19,521 bases of DNA, from positions 1-19,521 of the forward strand of contig JBBRAE010000045.1 of NCBI GenBank assembly GCA_038207085.1, read 5' to 3'. The stretch comes from Armatimonadota bacterium (GTDB taxonomy: Bacteria; Armatimonadota; UBA5829; DTLH01). A program made the position numbers and the translations under genes. Shown piece by piece: positions 15,939 to 19,521 of this stretch (its first letter is position 1; each line of letters opens with the position of its first letter). The notes under the pieces are model-generated. The model made no database searches, was not told the DNA's origin, and was given only the letters and a program-made list of their open reading frames with translations.

Positions 15939-16039
15939 TTTCCAAGCTTTCTGACCTGCTTGTCAATCGACAGCAGGTAGCAAAACAGCCCGATCCATAC
16001 CAGGAGCGGGGCGATCATAAACGCTAACAGAGGGTTCAA
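15935..16039 (-). CDS. ccmD: CcmD-family small membrane protein (34 aa), not in the ORF track
   Basis: TTG start with GGAGGT RBS, giving MNPLLAFMIAPLLVWIGLFCYLLSIDKQVRKLGK. It is one transmembrane helix plus a basic tail, and its stop overlaps the ccmE start (ATGA). Confidence 0.85.
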   Translation of the reverse strand: MNPLLAFMIAPLLVWIGLFCYLLSIDKQVRKLGK

Positions 16040-16040
16040 C

Positions 16041-16688
16041 TTAATACCTCCTGATCTTTATGCGATACTCCGCGATTGCGGTCTTGATTCTAAAAAGCCA
16101 GACGTAAAGCCCGACAAACCCGGCCATCGCCGGGAAAAGCACCATTCTATACTGCGCGCTCAGGCCGTCGCTTCGCCCGAGCGTGTCGGCGGGATGGAGC
16201 GAGACCATTATCCGGGGCATAACGAACATCAAAAACACCATCGGGGCGACCGCTACTATCGCAAAGACCGCCGAAAGCCTCGCGCGCCGCTCGACTCCAT
16301 CGGTCGCAGAGCGCAGCGCGAAGTAGGCGGCATAGACCAGCAGGAGCATCACAATCGCGACCTCCCGAGTGTCCCAGTTCCACCAGCTTCCCCACTGGAC
16401 ATGCGCGAATAGCGAGCCCGTCACCGTCGCAAGCACTGTAAAGACGAGCCCAAGTTCCGCTGATATAGAAGACTTGGCGTCGTCGACAAGGTTCCGACTT
16501 TTCAGATAACGGATGGCATAAACCATCGCCACGACGAACGCAATCGAGGCGACAACCGCGTTTGGCACGTGAAAGAATATGATCCGGGCGGCCTCAGGCT
16601 CTTTGAAGCCCGCTGCGGCCGGAGCAAACAAGAACGAAGCGACGATCACCGCGCTCATCCATATTCCAAGAAGTGTCTTGAAGAGCAT
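16041..16688 (-). CDS. ccmC: Heme exporter protein CcmC
   Basis: RIIFFHVP, WGSWWNWDTRE (WWD motif) and SLHP. ATG 16688 overlaps the ccmB stop. Confidence 0.95.
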   Translation of the reverse strand: MLFKTLLGIWMSAVIVASFLFAPAAAGFKEPEAARIIFFHVPNAVVASIAFVVAMVYAIRYLKSRNLVDDAKSSISAELGLVFTVLATVTGSLFAHVQWGSWWNWDTREVAIVMLLLVYAAYFALRSATDGVERRARLSAVFAIVAVAPMVFLMFVMPRIMVSLHPADTLGRSDGLSAQYRMVLFPAMAGFVGLYVWLFRIKTAIAEYRIKIRRY

Positions 16689-17419
16689 CAATCCTCCCAG
16701 ACGAATCTGAACAGTATCAAAGAGACGACGAACATTATCCCGGTGTAGGAAATGAGCAGCTTGAGGTCATCGGCACCGGAGGCGAAACCCGCGCCCGAGA
16801 GCGCAGCCTTGGTCCCGCTGATAGCGACAATCAGAAGCGGCAGGAGTATCGGGAACGAGAGCACGGCAAAAAGCGCACCCTTTGCGTTCGCCCGAGAGAC
16901 CACTGCCGCGACCACCGTTGAGGCGACCGCAAGACCTGCGCTCCCGCTGACCATTATCGCAAGAAACAGCGGCCAGCCGTTCACTTGCAGGTTCATCATA
17001 CCCACGAAGAGTGGAATGATAACTAGCTCAAGCATAAAAAGTAGAACAATATTGAATATCAGCTTGCCGCCGAATACCGCGCCCGGAGCGGCAGAGAGCC
17101 TTAGCGCAGAGGCCGTATGCGACTCCTCCTCACGCACAAACGAGCGAGAAAGGCCCGAAAGCGCCGAGAAGTAGATGATCAGCCACAATAACGACGCCTG
17201 AACCGAGGGCGAAAGCCCTACCCCGCCGATTGAGAAGCTCACGGCAAAAAGCGTCGTTACGGCAAAGAGCAGGATCGCGTTGATCGCGTAACGGGTGCGA
17301 AACTCGCATGTCAGGTCTTTTCTAAAGACGGCGAGCGAGCGCGAGATCATCTCCATCGGGCCGGGGACGCTTCGGGGCTTCCGGGTTTTTGTTGAGGCCT
17401 GGTCCAGGGTCGTTGGCAT
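16688..17419 (-). CDS. ccmB: Heme exporter protein CcmB
   Basis: KDL..EFRTRY, LSRSFVREEE and VLSFPILLPLL, about 6 transmembrane helices, located between ccmA and ccmC. The exact start is uncertain. Confidence 0.93.
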   Translation of the reverse strand: MPTTLDQASTKTRKPRSVPGPMEMISRSLAVFRKDLTCEFRTRYAINAILLFAVTTLFAVSFSIGGVGLSPSVQASLLWLIIYFSALSGLSRSFVREEESHTASALRLSAAPGAVFGGKLIFNIVLLFMLELVIIPLFVGMMNLQVNGWPLFLAIMVSGSAGLAVASTVVAAVVSRANAKGALFAVLSFPILLPLLIVAISGTKAALSGAGFASGADDLKLLISYTGIMFVVSLILFRFVWED

Positions 17420-17422
17420 CTC

Positions 17423-18031
17423 TTAGGCTCCAAGCTCCAGGACGCTGTCGCCGTAGCGAAGCTCGTCGGCCTCGTTAGTGGCGATGATGACGATACCACG
17501 GTGTTCGGTGATCACGCGATCTACCGCGTCGATTCCCGACTGATCGAGGTTTGCCGTCGGCTCGTCGAGCAGTAGAACCTCCGGGTTGTGGGCGAGCGCG
17601 AAGGCGTATTTGGCCCGCTGACGCATCCCCGAAGAGTAGGAGCCGATTGGGTCGTCCTCACGATCTCTTAGGCCGAGGCCTGCGAGAAGAGATTTCAGTT
17701 CGTTATCTGACTTTCTTAGACCCCGCACCCGGCAGAAGAAGCGCAGGTTTTCTATTGCAGAAAGCTCGTCGTAGAGAGTGAGATCGGGGGCGACGAGGCC
17801 CAATGCGTCGCGGCGGGCGTCGATTGAAAGCTCGGCGCCGTCTTCCGTGAAGACTACCTCGCCCGCAGTCGGCGTGACTAGCCCGGCGATGATCCGCAGG
17901 AGCGTCGACTTGCCCGAGCCGTTTCGCCCGGTGACGACAAGGCGGCCGGAGTCGAGCACAAGGCTTACCCCGCAGATCACGTCGCGCATTCCAAAGCTTT
18001 TATGTATATCTCGAAGTTCGAGAGAAATCAC
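17423..18031 (-). CDS. ccmA: Heme ABC exporter ATP-binding protein CcmA
   Basis: Walker A GRNGSGKST, ENLRFF, signature YSSGMRQR and Walker B LLLDEP. It lies directly upstream of ccmB. Confidence 0.92.
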   Translation of the reverse strand: MISLELRDIHKSFGMRDVICGVSLVLDSGRLVVTGRNGSGKSTLLRIIAGLVTPTAGEVVFTEDGAELSIDARRDALGLVAPDLTLYDELSAIENLRFFCRVRGLRKSDNELKSLLAGLGLRDREDDPIGSYSSGMRQRAKYAFALAHNPEVLLLDEPTANLDQSGIDAVDRVITEHRGIVIIATNEADELRYGDSVLELGA

Positions 18032-18034
18032 TGA

Positions 18035-19177
18035 TTATTTTATCGCCGTTGCTATCGCTTCGGCGGCCCTCTCCAGATCGTCCTTTTTGGTGACAGGCCC
18101 CCTTACAAAAAGGCCAAACCTGCCGATTGCGAGATCTACGTGCTCATAACCAAAATCCGTAGTCTTGATGAACGCCTGCAGACCCGCGAACTTGACGCTG
18201 TCCTCGCCGGGGTGATACATCTGCACAAAACTCAGAGCTGTGTTCTTCTTCGAGTAGTCGACCAGTTTTACCTCCACGAACTGCTTGCCGCCGTCAATTG
18301 TGTAGCGGCCCTCAAGCGTGGGGTTGGCGTGCTTGTTGAAGTCGAAGTCACCCTTCACAAACCCCGGTATCTCAGGGATAAGCGCGCGCAGTTCGTCCTC
18401 GCCGAGCGCGCCCGACCCGTCGGTCGATTTCCCGATGGTCGCGACTGCGGGAGTGACAACCATGTTTGCCGCTGCGCCCGTGGCAAGAGTCGTGTCTGGC
18501 GTGGCAGGGGTTGCGGGAACGTCCGACGAGGCAATGTGCTCGGTTGGGCCGGTGTCGGCAAGGGCGATCTTGACCCGATCGTACGTCTTGGTCATAGAGC
18601 GCGCCATGTCCTGAACGGCTGACTTGCAGAGCTTGCCCATCGATGAAATCCGCCCGATATCAAACACAGTAACCCTGTCCGCGCCGGTCTTGCTGATCGT
18701 ACCGGCCCAGACAATCGTCCCGGTGTGGGCGTTTACGAGCCTGGCGCTAAACGATACTGACGGGTAGGAGTCGTTGCCGACCCGCACGTCACCGTATTCC
18801 TCGACAAGCCCGATGATGACAGCGTCAACGTCAAGCGACTTCTGAATCGCCAGCAAATCGCCCTTTTTCAGGCCCTCGCCGATCCTGATCTGGTTTGAGA
18901 CGAGCGCATCGTCGAGCTGCCCAGGGTCAACGACCTCGAAAAGCCCGGTCGAGAGCAGGTAGGTGAGGACGGTGTTTGTGACGACCCGGCCCGCGTCCTG
19001 ACTGCGGACGTTGCCGACCGCGTCAAACGGCACTACGGCGATCCTCGGAAGATCACTCGACCCGTTCTTCACAAAAATCTTGCTCGATGGCCCATCGTCC
19101 TTGCACCCGGAAAGGCCAAGCACCACGCCGACCGCAAACACCACTGCGACTACTTTAATTAAGCTGTTATTCATCAT
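18035..19177 (-). CDS. Lipoprotein with a CsgG/GNA1162(DUF799)/LpoB-like alpha/beta domain, a Thr/Ala/Pro linker and an unrecognised C-terminal domain
   Basis: Signal peptide with lipobox LSGC, then RIAVVPF, FEVVD, LDVDAVIIGLVEEYG and SARLVNAHTGTIVW. It ends 3 bp before ccmA. Confidence 0.8.
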   Translation of the reverse strand: MMNNSLIKVVAVVFAVGVVLGLSGCKDDGPSSKIFVKNGSSDLPRIAVVPFDAVGNVRSQDAGRVVTNTVLTYLLSTGLFEVVDPGQLDDALVSNQIRIGEGLKKGDLLAIQKSLDVDAVIIGLVEEYGDVRVGNDSYPSVSFSARLVNAHTGTIVWAGTISKTGADRVTVFDIGRISSMGKLCKSAVQDMARSMTKTYDRVKIALADTGPTEHIASSDVPATPATPDTTLATGAAANMVVTPAVATIGKSTDGSGALGEDELRALIPEIPGFVKGDFDFNKHANPTLEGRYTIDGGKQFVEVKLVDYSKKNTALSFVQMYHPGEDSVKFAGLQAFIKTTDFGYEHVDLAIGRFGLFVRGPVTKKDDLERAAEAIATAIK

Positions 19178-19189
19178 ATCTTCACCTTC

Positions 19190-19218
19190 ATTATCCCACT
19201 GCTCTGCTTACGTGTCAA
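19190..19218 (-). promoter_or_regulatory. Sigma70-type promoter TTGACA-N17-GATAAT for the lipoprotein-ccm operon
   Basis: The minus strand reads TTGACA cgtaagcagagcagtgg GATAAT, 12 nt before ATG 19177. Confidence 0.75.
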
Positions 19219-19226
19219 TTATTGCC

Positions 19227-19252
19227 GTAGGGGCGGACCAATGTGTCCGCCC
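19227..19252 (+). repeat. GTAG-family REP
   Basis: GTAG followed by GGGCGGAC-caatgt-GTCCGCCC, an 8-bp perfect stem with the GTAG foot typical of RAYT-associated REPs. Confidence 0.75.
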
Positions 19253-19289
19253 TCTTCCTGCGACGGCGAATATGTCACCGACGAACCCG

Positions 19290-19380
19290 TTAGCTATTAG
19301 CCCGCTTTATTCGTGAAGCGAATAAAGCTCTTGCTCAGAGAGCATCATTCACGCTTCTCGTGAATAATGCGGGTTAGCTG
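19290..19380. repeat. Second full copy of the 73-bp twin-hairpin element (19301-19373) with TTAGCTN flanks
   Basis: TTAGCTA TTAG|CCCGCTTTATTC...GAATAATGCGGG|TTAGCTG. Same length as 8752-8824, and the first 31 nt are identical. Confidence 0.92.
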
Positions 19381-19389
19381 CAATACGGT

Positions 19390-19521
19390 TCATATTAGGC
19401 CTCCCGCAGTATTCTGAGAGTTCATTAATACGCCCATACTGGTTTCTTCTTTGCGGGGAACACCGACTACGATGATGTGGTCGGTGGCCTCGATCCGAGT
19501 GTTGCACGGCTCGGTGCGATC
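19390..19521 (-). CDS. 3' end of an upstream gene (43 aa visible), possibly ending in a TrkA_C/RCK-C-like strand
   Basis: The frame is open from the window edge and reads DRTEPCNTRIEATDHIIVVGVPRKEETSMGVLMNSQNTAGGLI, then stop. This is too short to assign. Confidence 0.45.
   Translation of the reverse strand, partial: DRTEPCNTRIEATDHIIVVGVPRKEETSMGVLMNSQNTAGGLI

Noticed and set aside
2006..19177. A single novel copper-plus-heme respiratory maturation island (ccoI and DsbD_2 next to hem/ahb/ccm)
   Set aside because: The two halves meet at a break that truncates both genes and coincides with a composition shift, so their adjacency cannot be taken as biological.
8727..19380. CRISPR array or terminal repeats of a 10.5-kb composite element formed by the 73-bp copies
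   Set aside because: There is no regular repeat-spacer period and no cas or transposase gene. The cargo is housekeeping, and a third partial copy lies inside. A dispersed repeat fits better.

Overview
This window appears to be two unrelated pieces of DNA joined tail-to-tail at about 3978/3979. The left segment (1-3978, very high GC) holds a partial secreted hypothetical protein, an EEP-family phosphoesterase and a TauE/DsbD_2-like membrane protein, all on the minus strand. It also holds a divergent CcoI/FixI-type copper P-type ATPase that stops about halfway through. The right segment (3979-19521, lower GC, all genes on the minus strand) is a coherent heme and cytochrome c locus. It runs lipoprotein-ccmABCD-ccmE(CxxxY, System I*)-ccmF, then sirC-hemA-hemX/ccsA-like-hemC-nadB-cobA/hemD-ahbC-hemB, with hemB cut after 72 codons. 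Both broken genes end in the same 12-bp palindrome, GCTTGGCCAAGC, which most likely marks a chimeric or misassembly junction. The spacers of the right segment are rich in small structured repeats: a 73-bp twin-hairpin element bounded by TTAG (two full copies and one partial copy with a flipped loop), a roughly 138-bp REPIN/MITE-like element with five triloop hairpins, heptamer tandem arrays (one with G-quadruplex motifs on both strands upstream of ahbC) and a GTAG REP. I found no convincing new enzymatic or defence system. The repeat elements, the nadB insertion and the extended CcmF are the best leads.
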